The position numbers and the translations under genes were made by a program. Source: Hyphomicrobiales bacterium (lineage in GTDB: Bacteria > Pseudomonadota > Alphaproteobacteria > Rhizobiales > TMED25). Taken from it: a DNA stretch of 64,000 nucleotides. The notes below the pieces were generated by a model. The model worked only from the letters and a program-made list of their open reading frames with translations. It made no database searches and was not told the DNA's origin. Each line of letters starts with the position of its first letter. Position 1 is the stretch's first letter. The DNA is taken from positions 693,424-757,423 of the forward strand of contig CBDBEU010000003.1 in the NCBI GenBank assembly GCA_965204565.1, written 5' to 3'. This document shows, piece by piece, positions 41,062 through 52,181 of the stretch.

Positions 41062-42267
41062 ATGGACCAGCAACAAGCGCCGCGCGTCGACGGCGTCACC
41101 TATGATCAGGCGATGCGCGCCGCTGCCGATCTTGTGCCGCTGTTGAAGGATGAGGCAGCGCAAGGCGATGAGCAGCGCTCCATGCCCGATGCCGTTGCCG
41201 CCGAACTGCGCCGCACCGGGCTGTTGCGCTTTCTCCAGCCCAAATCCTGGGGCGGCATGGAGCTGGAATTTGTCTCCTGGGTCGATATCCCCGAAATGCT
41301 GGCGCGCGGCGATTGCTCGGTGGCATGGAACGTCGCCAATCTTGCCTCCCACCACCGCACACTGGCGATGTTCTCCGGTGAGGCCCAGCGCGAGGTCTGG
41401 GAGGACGATCCCGACGCGCTGATTGCCTCCGGCATCGCCTATCAGTTCGGTCGCGCCAAAAAGGTCGATGGCGGCTACCAGCTGTCGGGTAAATGGCCGT
41501 TCTGCTCAGCCGTGATCGGCGCCAGGTGGAACATTCTCGCCTGTATCGTCATGGAGGAAGGCGACAAGCCGGTCGACTGGGCCCAGTGCCTGCTGCCGGA
41601 GGGCGAATATGAAGTGCTCGATGACTGGCACACGCTCGGCATGCGCGGCACCGGCTCCAATACTTGCGTGGTCAGCGACCTGTTCGTGCCCGAGCACCGG
41701 GTCGAGTCGACCGCCATCGGACTTCCCGGTCACAAATTCCGCGGTGTGAAGGCCAATCCCAATCCGATGTACCGCATTCCGACCTCAGCCCTTGGCGCCA
41801 GCGGCCTTGCCGGCTGCGTCATTGGCGCCTCCCAGGCAGCGCTTGATGCCATGGTCGAGTGGATCAAGGTGCGTTCGACCAACTATACCGGCTCGACCAT
41901 GCGCGATTTCCAGACTGTCCAGTTGCGCGTCGGCATGGCCGGCGCCAAGACCGACGCCGCGCGCCTCATCCTGCGTAATGATTGCCTAGAAGCTGAAAAG
42001 ACCGCGCTTGCCGGTGAGCCGATCTCGATCGAGACCCGGCTGCGCTACAAGCGCAATATCTGCCTTGCCGCGCGCATGGCCACAGAAGCGACCGAGATGC
42101 TGTTCGAGATGGCCGGTGCCAACGGCATCTACGACACCTCGCCGATGCAGCGCATCTACCGCGATGTGAAATCGGCCTCCACCCATATTCATTTCTTGAC
42201 CGACATGCAGATGACCACATGGGGCAATGTCGCGCTTGGCGGCGAATTCAAGAGCCCCACAATGTAA
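41062..42267 (+). CDS. acyl-CoA-dehydrogenase-fold flavin-dependent monooxygenase (HsaA/C2-HpaH-like)
   Basis: QPKSWGG.E, SGKWPFCS, DDWHTLGMRGTGS, QRIYRD..H. Confidence 0.88.
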   Translation: MDQQQAPRVDGVTYDQAMRAAADLVPLLKDEAAQGDEQRSMPDAVAAELRRTGLLRFLQPKSWGGMELEFVSWVDIPEMLARGDCSVAWNVANLASHHRTLAMFSGEAQREVWEDDPDALIASGIAYQFGRAKKVDGGYQLSGKWPFCSAVIGARWNILACIVMEEGDKPVDWAQCLLPEGEYEVLDDWHTLGMRGTGSNTCVVSDLFVPEHRVESTAIGLPGHKFRGVKANPNPMYRIPTSALGASGLAGCVIGASQAALDAMVEWIKVRSTNYTGSTMRDFQTVQLRVGMAGAKTDAARLILRNDCLEAEKTALAGEPISIETRLRYKRNICLAARMATEATEMLFEMAGANGIYDTSPMQRIYRDVKSASTHIHFLTDMQMTTWGNVALGGEFKSPTM

Positions 42268-42316
42268 ACCGGGATGACACCGCGCCCGTAATATTTGCAG
42301 CCCCAAGGAGACCACC

Positions 42317-43477
42317 ATGGACCTGCCATTTGACGCAGCCAAGCTCGATACCCTGATGGACGAGGCCGGCATCGATCTCCTGCTCGCCACCGACAAGGAC
42401 ACCATCCAGTATCTGACCGGCGGCTACCGGTTCTTCTTCCTCTCTCACAAGGATGCGATCGGCATCAGCCGTTACCTGCCAGTTCTTGGCTATCCGAGGG
42501 CAAGGCCTGAGAACGCCTTTTATATTGGTTGCAGCCTTGAGCCTCCCGCCCAGGAGGTCGAACCGTTCTGGGTTCCCAACATCGCCAATAATCAGTGGAT
42601 CAGCGCCAATGCCGGGCGCGATGCGGGCCGCAATATCGCCAAGCTCGGACTTGAGAACGCCACCATCGCGCTGGAGATGTGTTTCATTCCCGCTGATGCC
42701 TTTGAGGCACTGCGCGCCGAATTGCCCGGCGCCAAATTCGTCGACGCCCTGCCGATGATGCAGCGGCTGCGCGCCATCAAATCACCGCACGAACTCGACC
42801 TTCTGCGCCAAGCCTCTGAATACATTGTCGAATGCATGATCACGGTGATGACCTCGACCAAGGCCGGCTCCACCACCGCGCAGATCGCACGTGATGTGCA
42901 CACCGAAGAGGTCAAGCGTGGCATGCATTTCGAATATTGTCTGACCGCAGCCGGCACCTGCCTCAACCGCACGCCGTGCGACAAGTTCACCTGGGACAAG
43001 GGCGAGGTTCTGTCGCTCGATTCCGGCGCTAATTGGCACGGCTATCTGGGCGATTTGTGCCGCATGGCAGTGATGGGCGAGCCGACACCGCTGATGCGCG
43101 ATCTGCTCGACGAAGTGCGCGCCATTCAGGATGCGCCACGCAAGGTCATCCGCCCCGGCGTTAGTGGCAAGGAGCTCTACGAGGCGGCTCTTGAGGTCAA
43201 GCAGCAATGCGATCACTGCGATCAGGTCCATTTCTTCGCCCACGGCATGGGCATGATCCAGCATGAAGCGCCGCATCTGGAGCCCAGGGGCGTGGTGCCC
43301 TATGACGCGCCCTATCAGGATCTGCCGTTGGAAGCGGGCATGGTGCTATCGATCGAAACCGCGCTGAAGAACCCCGAAGTCGGTCTCGTCAAGCTTGAAG
43401 ATACCATCGCGGTGACCGGCAACGGCCATGAAGGATTCGGCGACGGCGCCAGGGACTGGGTGATTGCCGCTGGCTGA
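42317..43477 (+). CDS. M24 family Xaa-Pro peptidase-like hydrolase
   Basis: Complete D, D, H, E, E ligand set (LDSG, GDLCR, AHGMG..HE, SIET, KLED). Confidence 0.9.
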   Translation: MDLPFDAAKLDTLMDEAGIDLLLATDKDTIQYLTGGYRFFFLSHKDAIGISRYLPVLGYPRARPENAFYIGCSLEPPAQEVEPFWVPNIANNQWISANAGRDAGRNIAKLGLENATIALEMCFIPADAFEALRAELPGAKFVDALPMMQRLRAIKSPHELDLLRQASEYIVECMITVMTSTKAGSTTAQIARDVHTEEVKRGMHFEYCLTAAGTCLNRTPCDKFTWDKGEVLSLDSGANWHGYLGDLCRMAVMGEPTPLMRDLLDEVRAIQDAPRKVIRPGVSGKELYEAALEVKQQCDHCDQVHFFAHGMGMIQHEAPHLEPRGVVPYDAPYQDLPLEAGMVLSIETALKNPEVGLVKLEDTIAVTGNGHEGFGDGARDWVIAAG

Positions 43478-43522
43478 CAACCGATTGATCGGCCAGCCGC
43501 GTAAGTCCGCTTGGGAGAGGCA

Positions 43523-44825
43523 ATGCCACCTGATCCAAAACTCGACGCAGCATTGTCGGCGCTAAAGAGCTATCCGCTGCTTGATGCGATCCGCCAGCGC
43601 CGACGCCATTCATGCAACCACGCTGTTCGTGATCAACGACCAAGCCACCTAGATGACCAAGCGGCCGCAGGATTTCGAAGCCTGCGAGATCGCGGGCCTT
43701 GCCGCCGCCGGGCAGATGAAGGAGGTCTATCACCTCTCCAGAATCAAGATCCGCGACGGGCGCACCAGCGTCGCGCGTCAGGTGCCGACCCTGTTTCCGT
43801 TCAAAAAATGGTCGACCAATTTGCCGGGGACCACCTATTTTCTGCCGGTGGGCGATCTTACGGCGATGTATATCAACGTGCTGCTGTTGAGCTTCCACGA
43901 TGAGGTGAGCCTTTATATCGATGGTGAGCGAAACAATTTCCGCGGCGCCGGGCTTGCCAAATACGCCCGCTTGCGCGGCGGGCGGCTGCACAACAATCCC
44001 CAAGACCGCAGAATATCACCGATCAATCTGTATGAGACGATAATCGTCGAATTCATTCTCGCCGAACAAGCCTTCATGACCCACAATCTGTCGCTAGTTG
44101 AGCAGGCAATGGGGCTTGGCGGCTGGACCCATTATGCAACTTCGAGCGAGGACGACTGGCTGGAGGAGCTGGGCTTTGCCATGGACATCCAGAAGGCGAG
44201 CCGGTTTCTGCGCGCCGGGCCGGTCAAGCGCACCTTGATGCAACCCCTGGGCAAGGATGCCGACATCCGCCACCCGCTGGGCTTGACCGTCGACGGCAAG
44301 GACCTGGTCAAGCCCTATTGCCCGCCCTATTACAAATCGATGGAAGATGCGGTCCTTGCCTTTGTCGAGCACAAGCGCGCGGGCCTGCTGCAGACGGAAA
44401 TGGCCGAAGGCACCGACGGCACATGGAAGGACCGCGCCAGGGTGCAGGCGAAACGGGTGATATCAGGCGCGGTTTCGACAGTCGGGTGCGGCTGGAATTC
44501 CATGGCTCGAGGATCGGTTCCGACGGTGGCCCGTTGCTGTTCCGGGAGTTGAACGAGACCCCGGGATTGCACGATATTGCCGGCGGTCCTCTCGGAGATA
44601 TGCGAACCGTCTGCATTCCGTGGTCGGGCTTTTGCGGCAGTCGGTCTTCGGGCGATCGGCCGGATATGATGATGTGAATGACGCGGACCGTCCGGCGCTC
44701 GATCCGGTGATGCGGCAGGTGATCGGAGGGCGCATCATCTCGACCTCGATTTCTATGACCGGCACTACCATCGCGGTGCCTACGCCGAAACACAGGCCCG
44801 CCATTTCGATCTCTGGCACAAGTAA
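43523..44825 (+). pseudogene. hypothetical (nitroreductase-like) gene, split by an IS1380 fragment and deletions
   Basis: YPLLDAIRQRR start, QAMGLGGW, and a probable C-terminus AHHLDLDFYDRHY..WHK* resuming after the IS piece. Confidence 0.65.
44438..44727 (+). mobile_element. IS1380 internal fragment
   Basis: Matches the reverse complement of 15835-16195 without the tandem expansion. Confidence 0.9.
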
Positions 44826-45025
44826 TTGTCAGTTACGCGGCGTCAATTTTGACCGAAATTCAATCAGCACAACCAAAAACCCTGTTGCTCCTTGGCTCTG
44901 GCTCCCGCATTAATCCCCTGAACGAGGTACATAGATTTATCTTCGCACCGGGGTATGTTTTGGTTTGCGTGGACAGAGTGTGTGCATAGACATGGTTTAC
45001 CGTGCTTCGACATTGATGAATTCTG

Positions 45026-45985
45026 ATGCCGCTTGATCGTATTGCCATTACCGGCAGTTCCGGGGCCCATGGGCGCGGCCTCATCAACATCCGTGCGCCC
45101 CACTGCAACCAGCCGGACGAATTCTACCAGTGCGACATCACCAAGGATGACATGCTGGCCAAGCTCGTCGCCTCAAGCCCGATACCATGATCCATCTGGC
45201 GTTCATCGTGAATCCGATCCACGATGAAGACAAAATGGGCCGGATCAATCTGCAAGGCGCGCTCAATTTTCTCGAGGCCGCCCGGCGCTGCGCGCCCGAA
45301 CGCGTTTTGGTTTCCTCATATGCCAACGTTTATGGTGCCTGGCCGGATAATCCGGTGCCGTTGCCCGAGGAGGTCCCCCCTCAGGCCGCGGCACAAGTTT
45401 CGCTATTGCGGCCGACAAGGCCGCTGTCGAACACGCACTGGAGGCTTTTGCCGCTGAGCAGCCCGAAATCGTGGTGAGCTGGACTCGGCCCAGCATCATC
45501 TACACGCCCGGCACCAGCAACTACCTGATCAGCTTCATTGCCAATGCCAAGGTCATTGCCCTGCCGAGCGGTGCCAGGAATCCGCTGCAGTTCGTCCATG
45601 TCGAAGATGTCTCCGGGGCAACGCTCGCGCTTCTGGAAAACAATGCGCGCGGTGCCTTCAATGTCAGTCCCGGCGACTGGGTCAGTTTGCACGATATTGC
45701 CAAACTGACCGCACGCCTCTGCATATCCGTGCCTTTTTTGTGTGCAGTGCCGGAGCGGTCCTTTGGTGGGCCTTGGATCTGTAATGGTTTCGCTCCCCGT
45801 CGAGCATCTGGTATTTTATTCGCTATCCTTGGGTGGTCACCTCTGCAAAGCTCACCGGCAAGTTCGGCTTCCAGTTCCGTTCCAGCACACGTAAGACCGT
45901 GCATCTGATGTTGTCCGATTTGGGGATCCTGCCGCGCTCCAAACCTGGTTCCAAAAGCGAGGGCGGTGCGTTACCCGTAGCCGGC
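45026..45985 (+). pseudogene. NAD-dependent epimerase/dehydratase, multiply frameshifted
   Basis: RIAITGSSG, IHLAF, LQFVHVEDV, GAFNV in different frames. Confidence 0.8.
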
Positions 45986-46130
45986 TGCAGTTTGACATCT
46001 GGTTTGAGAATAAGGCGGGATTATCCTGGATTAAGCGGGAACAGGTGAAATTCGTCTTGAAAACAGTCCTTTAACCTGGAGAAAACGGGTGCCGCGGGAC
46101 CGGACCTTTTGACATCTGGTTTGAGAATTT
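45986..46130 (+). mobile_element. candidate Tn7-like transposon left end
   Basis: TGCAGTTT then GACATCTGGTTTGAGAAT at 45994, an exact repeat at 46111 and a degenerate copy at 46047. Confidence 0.6.
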
Positions 46131-46514
46131 GACGGAAAAATCGGTGTCGAAGGCAAAATCGGCAACGACCTTCAACGACCCTTCAAACCGGCTGTGAAGG
46201 GTCTTTGATTGCGGCCCGAAAATGCTGGAAATCCAGGACTTTGAGGATTTGAAGGCGGTCGTGAAAACGTCGGAACCGGCGTTGTGATATTGCGGGAAAA
46301 TCCAATTTGAGGTGGACCATTTTGGTTGACCTCGGAAGACAACCGGAAAAAACAAACGAAAACATACAGATAAAGCAAAGCCGCGGATGAAATACCGATT
46401 TTGAGGTAGACCACGCAAATGAAGTCTGATGTTCTCAGTTGACCGATCACCCTGCCTCTTTTCGTTTCGCCGGATTTGTCGGAAGAGCAGAGTCAAATTG
46501 CGCGTTCTCGATAA

Positions 46515-46867
46515 CTATGCCTCGTTCGGTTCTGGGTCGATATCGTCACCTGCGATACTTTCCGTGGTCTGCGCTTGGTGGACCTCTTCGTCTGGTTTTT
46601 CCCATGTCTTGACCACTTGCGTCCAGTTTGGCGGAGCGCCTTTGCAGCCAAGCCATGTGTGCCAGAAACTCGGATCATCCGAACGCGGGCGCTGCGGCTT
46701 TTGCAGGTCGCGGATGCGAACGGGAACGGGTATGGTGGCTGCCCGGCCGAGAGGGATTTCCTGCTGCGAAGGAATCATGGGAAGCTCGTCGAGAAGCCCG
46801 CCCAAAGCGTCGGGAACAAGACGGCGGACAAGATTCTGATCGACATCGTTGACGATGCGGTAGTTCT
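46515..46867 (-). pseudogene. C-terminal remnant of a HerA/DUF87-like ATPase
   Basis: RIVNDVDQNLVRRLVPDALGGLLDELP..G.A..IP..RPRSDDPSFW. Confidence 0.65.
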
Positions 46868-47255
46868 TGGCTTGATGGTGTAGTTCCATTCAGGGTGGAA
46901 CTCGTCTCCGGTAATGTTGAGTGCGTCCATTTCGGGTTTGGAGACTTTGATGCTCTTTTGGTAGGTCCGCTCGTCGATTGCGCATTTGACCCTGAGGCCA
47001 GCCTTGGTTGTCGTTGCACCGATCAGTTCGACCACAGTCATGCGGTCGGTGAGCGGACGACCGCTCCAGTTCTGGGTGATGTGACAGAACAGGCGGTACT
47101 CAATCTTGTTCCACTTCGATGTGCCGGGCGGATAGTGGTGGATCTGGAGCGTGCGCCCGGTCTCGTCGGCAAGCTTTTGCAACTCGACTTTCCACAGCCT
47201 GACACGCACCCCGTTCGAGCCCCCACAGTCGGCATTGATCACAGGTTTCTTCGCC
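46868..47255 (-). mobile_element. ISAzo13-family transposase C-terminal fragment
   Basis: ADCGGSNG, HYPPGTSKWNKIE, FHPEWNYTI. Confidence 0.92.
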
Positions 47256-47610
47256 TCGGGATACCCGGCGCGGCCGCCATTGCGCTCCACCGCGCGGCTG
47301 ATTGTCCACGGCGCTCGGCGTAGCTGACGCGCGATCGCACGAAAGGACCGTTGCGCCCCAAGTCCTCCGGAGATCTCCTCTCGATCACAATGAGCCAATG
47401 CTGGACGCGACCTTGCGCGCGCCAGCTGCCGGATAGCACACGTCCGGGGCAGCAAGGGAAAGATCGACGATGAGTTGCGATCGAGCCCGTGGCCAATCGA
47501 ACGCATCGACTCCCCACGCTGCCGGCGATCCCAAATCTCTGCCTTCCGGCTATCGGTAAAATGGATACGTCGACGGCAGCCCATCGTGAACACTCCATCT
47601 TTCCATCAAA
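47256..47610 (-). mobile_element. IS30-family transposase N-terminal fragment
   Basis: KAEIWDR.QRGES, REEIS, IARQLRRAP.TISR..RNGG. Confidence 0.85.
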
Positions 47611-47615
47611 GACTG

Positions 47616-48857
47616 TGGTCTGCGCCCTTAGGTTTTCTCCAATGATAATGAGCGTCCGGCGCTGACAAGGAGACGGACGATATGAAGCGGAGCAGGTTTG
47701 GCGAGGAACAGATGATCGCTGTGTTGAAGGAGCAGGAGGCGGGGATGCCGACGGCGGATGTGTGCCGCCGTCACGGGATCAGCCCGGCGACCTTTTACAA
47801 GTGGAAGTCGAACTATGGCGGGCTTGAGGTGTCCGATGCCCGGCGGCTTCGTCAGTTGGAGCAGGAGAATGCGCAGCTGAAGAAGCTGCTGGCGGGCTCG
47901 ATGCTGGACAACGCAATGCTCAGGGAGATCAGTGCAAAAAGTTCTGACGCCCGGTGCCGGGCGGCAGGCGGTGGCTCATTTCCGGGAGGTCTTCGAAGTG
48001 AGCCGGCGTCGCGCCTGCGCGGTGCCGGGCGTGGACCGAACGACGGTGCGCTACATCAGCTGCCGCCCTGACGACACCGAGGCGCGGACACGTATCAGGG
48101 AACTGGCCGGCGAGCGCCGCCGGTTCGGCTGTCGGCGCTTGCACTGGCTGCCGTGCCGTGAGGGATGGGTCATGAACCACAAGAAGTTCCGCAGGCTGTA
48201 TCATCGGGATGAGCGCTTGCAGGTTTGTCGCCGTGGCGGGCGCAAGCGGGCATTGGGGACACGAGCGCCGATGGTGTTACCGCAGGGACCGAACCAGCGC
48301 TGGAGCCTGGACTTCATGTCGGATGCCTTTGCCTGCGGACGCAGGTTCCGGATCTTCGCCGTGGTCGACGACTTCAGCCGGGAGTGCGTGCGCCTGATTG
48401 CCGATACGTCGATCTCCGGCGCAAGGGTCGGTTGCGAGCCTGATGCGGCGATCTTCGAGCGAATGGCGCGGCCCGGCACGATCGTCAGCGACAACGGCAC
48501 CGAACCGACCGGCATGGCGATCGGGCGCCGGTCAAAGGAGCGCAATGTCGAGTGGCACTCTATCGCGCCGGGCAAGCCCTGTCGAACGGGTTCACCGAGA
48601 GCTTCAATGCGCGGCTCAGGGACGAATGTCTGAACGAGACGATCTTCACCAGCCCGACCCATGCCCGCCGGGAACTCGAAGCCTGGCGGCACGACTACAA
48701 TCACTTCCGGCCCCACTCGAGCCTCGGGGACAAAACCCCGGCCGGGATCGGGGCTGGATCAACCGGCAAACACGGTTGTTGCCATCACGCCCGGCGTTGG
48801 GCCTCAAAACGGGCACAGGCTCTAATTGTAGCTGGTAGAAACTTCGCGCTCAGATCA
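47616..48857 (+). mobile_element. IS3-family (IS407 group) element, orfB frameshifted
   Basis: TG..CA ends; orfA MKRSRF..ATFYKWK; orfB WSLDFMSD, SDNGTE, ESFNARLRDECLN. Confidence 0.93.
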
Positions 48858-49800
48858 GCGGCAACGCTCGGCTTTCAGCTTGTCGACCTTTTGCGGGCTC
48901 TACGTCAGATGAACCGGTCGGAGAAGCCCGAAGCGGAGGCGCGGAGATGAGCGCCTGGATCGCGCTGGCGGTTTTTCTGATCCTCGGCGCGACGCTGTGC
49001 GGATCCGTGGCCTTCATTCTGGCGTCGGAGGGCCGTGCGAAATCCGGCCTGTTCACCGTCGCCCTATCGATGATCTGGGCTCCTCCGCCGACGGCGAGGC
49101 GACACTGATCGAGATTGTCGAAAATCTGTTTCGCAACGATCTGTCGGTGCTGGACCGGGCGCAATTCGTCTCGACCTATCGCGAGGTATGGGAGCTGAAA
49201 TACGGCGAGATCAAGCGCGGCGCCGTCCTGGGTGACGATGTTTCCGATGGGCGTCTATCTCCCGCCGCAATTGCAGATGGTGTTCCGCTGCCTGGTCGCG
49301 CATGAGGTGGCGGCGAAAGAGCATATCTATCAGGTGATCGTCAGCGACCGACCGGAGCCATGGCCCGATCCGAAGATCGTCGATGCCCAGATCCATAATC
49401 TGCGTCGGAGGCCGGGGCCGTCCGGCGTGCAAATCAAGGCCGTGTGGGGGTTGGCTACCGGCTGATCGACCGGCATCGGTTCCGCCCGGAAAAGGCGGTG
49501 TCGGCATGAGCGCGGACGGGCTGGCGCTGTGTGTGACCGAGCGCGCGGATTGCGCGCGGATCGCGATCATCCTCCGCCATGCCGGCGGAGAGGTTTTCTA
49601 CGACCTCCATCCGGACCGGGCGGAGAATCCCGCCGAGGGGCCGCTCGATCTGGTGGAGCGGACGCGCGGGCTGAATGGCGACACGATCGGCAGGACGGAG
49701 GAGTAGCCGATGGCGGTCTCGATCCAGACGCAGATCGGCGAAGCCAACTGTGAAATCCGAATGCGCCGCGAGGTCTACCCGCGCCAGGTGGGCGCAAGAA
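48858..49800 (+). pseudogene. fused scraps of Mu-like prophage early genes (ParB-like, winged-helix, small hypotheticals)
   Basis: IEIVENLFRNDLSVLDRA (ParB-like); PDPKIVDAQIHNLRR..IKAVWG (Trans_reg_C-like); overlapping stop/start junctions. Confidence 0.6.
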
Positions 49801-49815
49801 AGATAAGGATCGACC

Positions 49816-51047
49816 ATGGCGACAGCCCCTTACAACCATGGCGTCCGCGTCTTTGACGCCGGTAAAACCGAACTTCCGATTTCTGCCGCCGATCTGTCTC
49901 CGATCGGCATGGCGGTAGTCGCGGAGACTGCCGACGCAAGCAAATTTCCGCTAAACGAACCTGTTCACTTCTACTCCAACGACACCGACAAGATCGCGGA
50001 TCTCGGCGCAACGGGAACCGCCAGGGCGGCCATCGACGCGATCAGCGACCAGGGTGTCGTCGCATCCATCGTGCTGGTCCGCGTGGCCGAAGGCGTCGAT
50101 ACCGACACTACCCTGGCCAATCTGGCCGGGTCGAGCGCCGCGATGACCGGCGTCAATGCCTTCCGCTATGCCAAGGGGCACACGGGTGTCGAGCCGGGAC
50201 TTCTGATCGTTCCCGGTTACACTTCGCAGCGGCCGGGCGACGCCAAGAACCCGGTCATGGCCGAACTCGAAGGCATCTCAGCGGCGCTGAAGGCGGTCAG
50301 GATCGGCGATTGCCCGGCGCGACCAAGGAAAGCGCGCTCGCCTATCGCGCCGATTTCTCCGACCGGTACACCTATCTGGTCGAGCCGGCCGTCAAGCTGG
50401 CGGGCAATGTGGTTGCGCCTGCCTCGGCGCGTGTCGCCGGCCTGTTTGTCAAGCGTGACCAGGACAGGGGCGGACCATACTGGTCGCCGTCCAATCAGGC
50501 GATCGGCGGCATTGTCGGCACATCGCGACCGGTGTCCTATTTCGATGGCGAGGCCAGCCATGAGGCCAACCATCTGAACGAAAACCGTATCAATACGATC
50601 ATCCCGGCCGTGACCGTTCAGGGCGCAGGCGGCGCGGTAGCCGCCAACGGAACGATCCTTTGGGGCAGCGAGACCACGTCGTCCGATGCTCTGTGGCGGT
50701 TCATCAACGTGACGCGGACGCGGGCTGCGATCGAAAAGGCTATTGCACCGGCGTTCCGCTCGGTAATGGACGAAAACCTGTCGGCACAGCTCGGCATCGC
50801 CATCATCCGGTCGCTGCAAATCTTTCTGGACGAATTAAAGGCAGCCGGCGTCATCCTCGGGGGGCGGGCCTATTGGGACAAGGCGCGCAACTCGTCCCAG
50901 TCGCTGCGGTCCGGCATCCTGCGCGTTGAATTCGACGCCGAGGAAGCGCCGCCGCTCAATGACCTGCAGTTCGGTTTCCGCCGCAACTCGGTCTACTTCA
51001 ACGTTCTGGCCGAGGACATTCTGACCGGTCTCGATCGCGCAGCATAA
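49816..51047 (+). pseudogene. contractile tail sheath protein (P2 FI-like), one frameshift near 50315
   Basis: YNHGVRV, PGLLIVPG / PASARVAG, YWSPSN, ANHLNE, LWG, WRFINVTRT. Confidence 0.88.
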
Positions 51048-51058
51048 GGAGAACCGAC

Positions 51059-51592
51059 ATGAACAATCTTCGCCTGCTTCGCGGATTTACCCTGATTGCC
51101 GGGGACACCATGGCGCTGACCATCGAAATCGAGGAGATGAAGCTTCCGGTCCTGGAGGAAAAAAGCTTCGACTTCACGCCGGGAGGCGGCACCGGCGAAA
51201 CAGCGGTCCCGCTCGGCATCACCAACAAGCTGGAACTGCCCTTCAAGCTGGTCTCGCACAATCCTGACATGGACGTGCTGTTCGGTAGTCCGCCGGGGCA
51301 GCGCACTTCGTTCACGGCGGTCAAGTCGCTGTTCGATGACCACGACGACAGCGGCCGCGCAATCGAGGTGACGGTCGATATCAAGGCCCGTCTGATGAAG
51401 ATCGATCCCGAACAGATGAAGGGCGGCGAGAAGGCCGGCTACGATCACATGCTTTCGGCAGTGACCTGGTATTCCGAGGTGCACGACAAGAAGGTCATAC
51501 GCGCGTTCAACTTCCGGCCTGGCGGCTGGACCATTCTCAACGGCACGGGCGTCGGTGACGATCATCGCCGCATCCTGAGGGTTGGCGGATGA
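51059..51592 (+). CDS. phage major tail tube protein (P2 FII-like)
   Basis: Position after the sheath, 177 aa, EEMKLP.L, AGGAG RBS. Confidence 0.8.
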   Translation: MNNLRLLRGFTLIAGDTMALTIEIEEMKLPVLEEKSFDFTPGGGTGETAVPLGITNKLELPFKLVSHNPDMDVLFGSPPGQRTSFTAVKSLFDDHDDSGRAIEVTVDIKARLMKIDPEQMKGGEKAGYDHMLSAVTWYSEVHDKKVIRAFNFRPGGWTILNGTGVGDDHRRILRVGG

Positions 51593-52014
51593 CGAAGGCG
51601 GCAAGCTCGGTAGACGTCAGGCTCACCTTTCCGATCGAACTGGAGGGCAATGCGGCGATCTCAAAGCTGACGATCAGCCGCCCGAAGACCGCCAACGTCC
51701 TGGAACTGATCAAGCTGTTCGGCAAGGACATCGTGACCATTTTGTTGTCGGGCGATGGGGACAGGATGCAGGACAAGGTCGCCGCGCTCAAATCGGGGGA
51801 TAGCGAACTGGTCGGTCGGATCGCTTCGCTTCTGGATGCCCACAAGCTCGACGCCCTGGCGGCGGCTTTGGCGAAGCTGTTCGGCGTGACACCGGAGCAA
51901 TTCCTTTTGATCGATCCGGCCGATTATCCGGCAATCGGAAGGGCCCTAGCCGATTTTTTTCCCGCGCTCGAGACATTGACGCAAGCGCCTTGCTCTTCGG
52001 GCCAGGCGACATAG
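51589..52014 (+). CDS. tail assembly chaperone (gpE-like)
   Basis: L.FPI, LTISRP, IDPADY..I...LADFF followed by a T7 run. Confidence 0.75.
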   Translation: MTKAASSVDVRLTFPIELEGNAAISKLTISRPKTANVLELIKLFGKDIVTILLSGDGDRMQDKVAALKSGDSELVGRIASLLDAHKLDALAAALAKLFGVTPEQFLLIDPADYPAIGRALADFFPALETLTQAPCSSGQAT

Positions 52015-52181
52015 CCGGCCGCTTCGGCTGGTCCGCGCTGGAGATCGGTGACCTTGAGCTCGACGAACTTGCTTTCTGGCACGAACAGGCGCTTGCCGCC
52101 GCCGATCGGGACAATGGCCGGCTTCTGAATGCAATTGCCGGTGCTCTGAAAGCTGGAGCCGACGGAGGCGGCAATCCATGA
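51960..52181 (+). CDS. gpE' frameshift extension of the tail chaperone
   Basis: Open -1 frame after TTTTTTT 51954-51960; DIAGRFGWSALEIGDLELDELAFWHEQA. Confidence 0.7.
   Translation, partial: SRARDIDASALLFGPGDIAGRFGWSALEIGDLELDELAFWHEQALAAADRDNGRLLNAIAGALKAGADGGGNP

Noticed and set aside
46071-46496. 141-aa minus-strand ORF
   Set aside because: No recognisable motif; overlaps the putative transposon end region
46775-47593. 272-aa ORF as a novel hybrid transposase
   Set aside because: Chance in-frame fusion of IS30 and ISAzo13 scraps without a complete DDE domain
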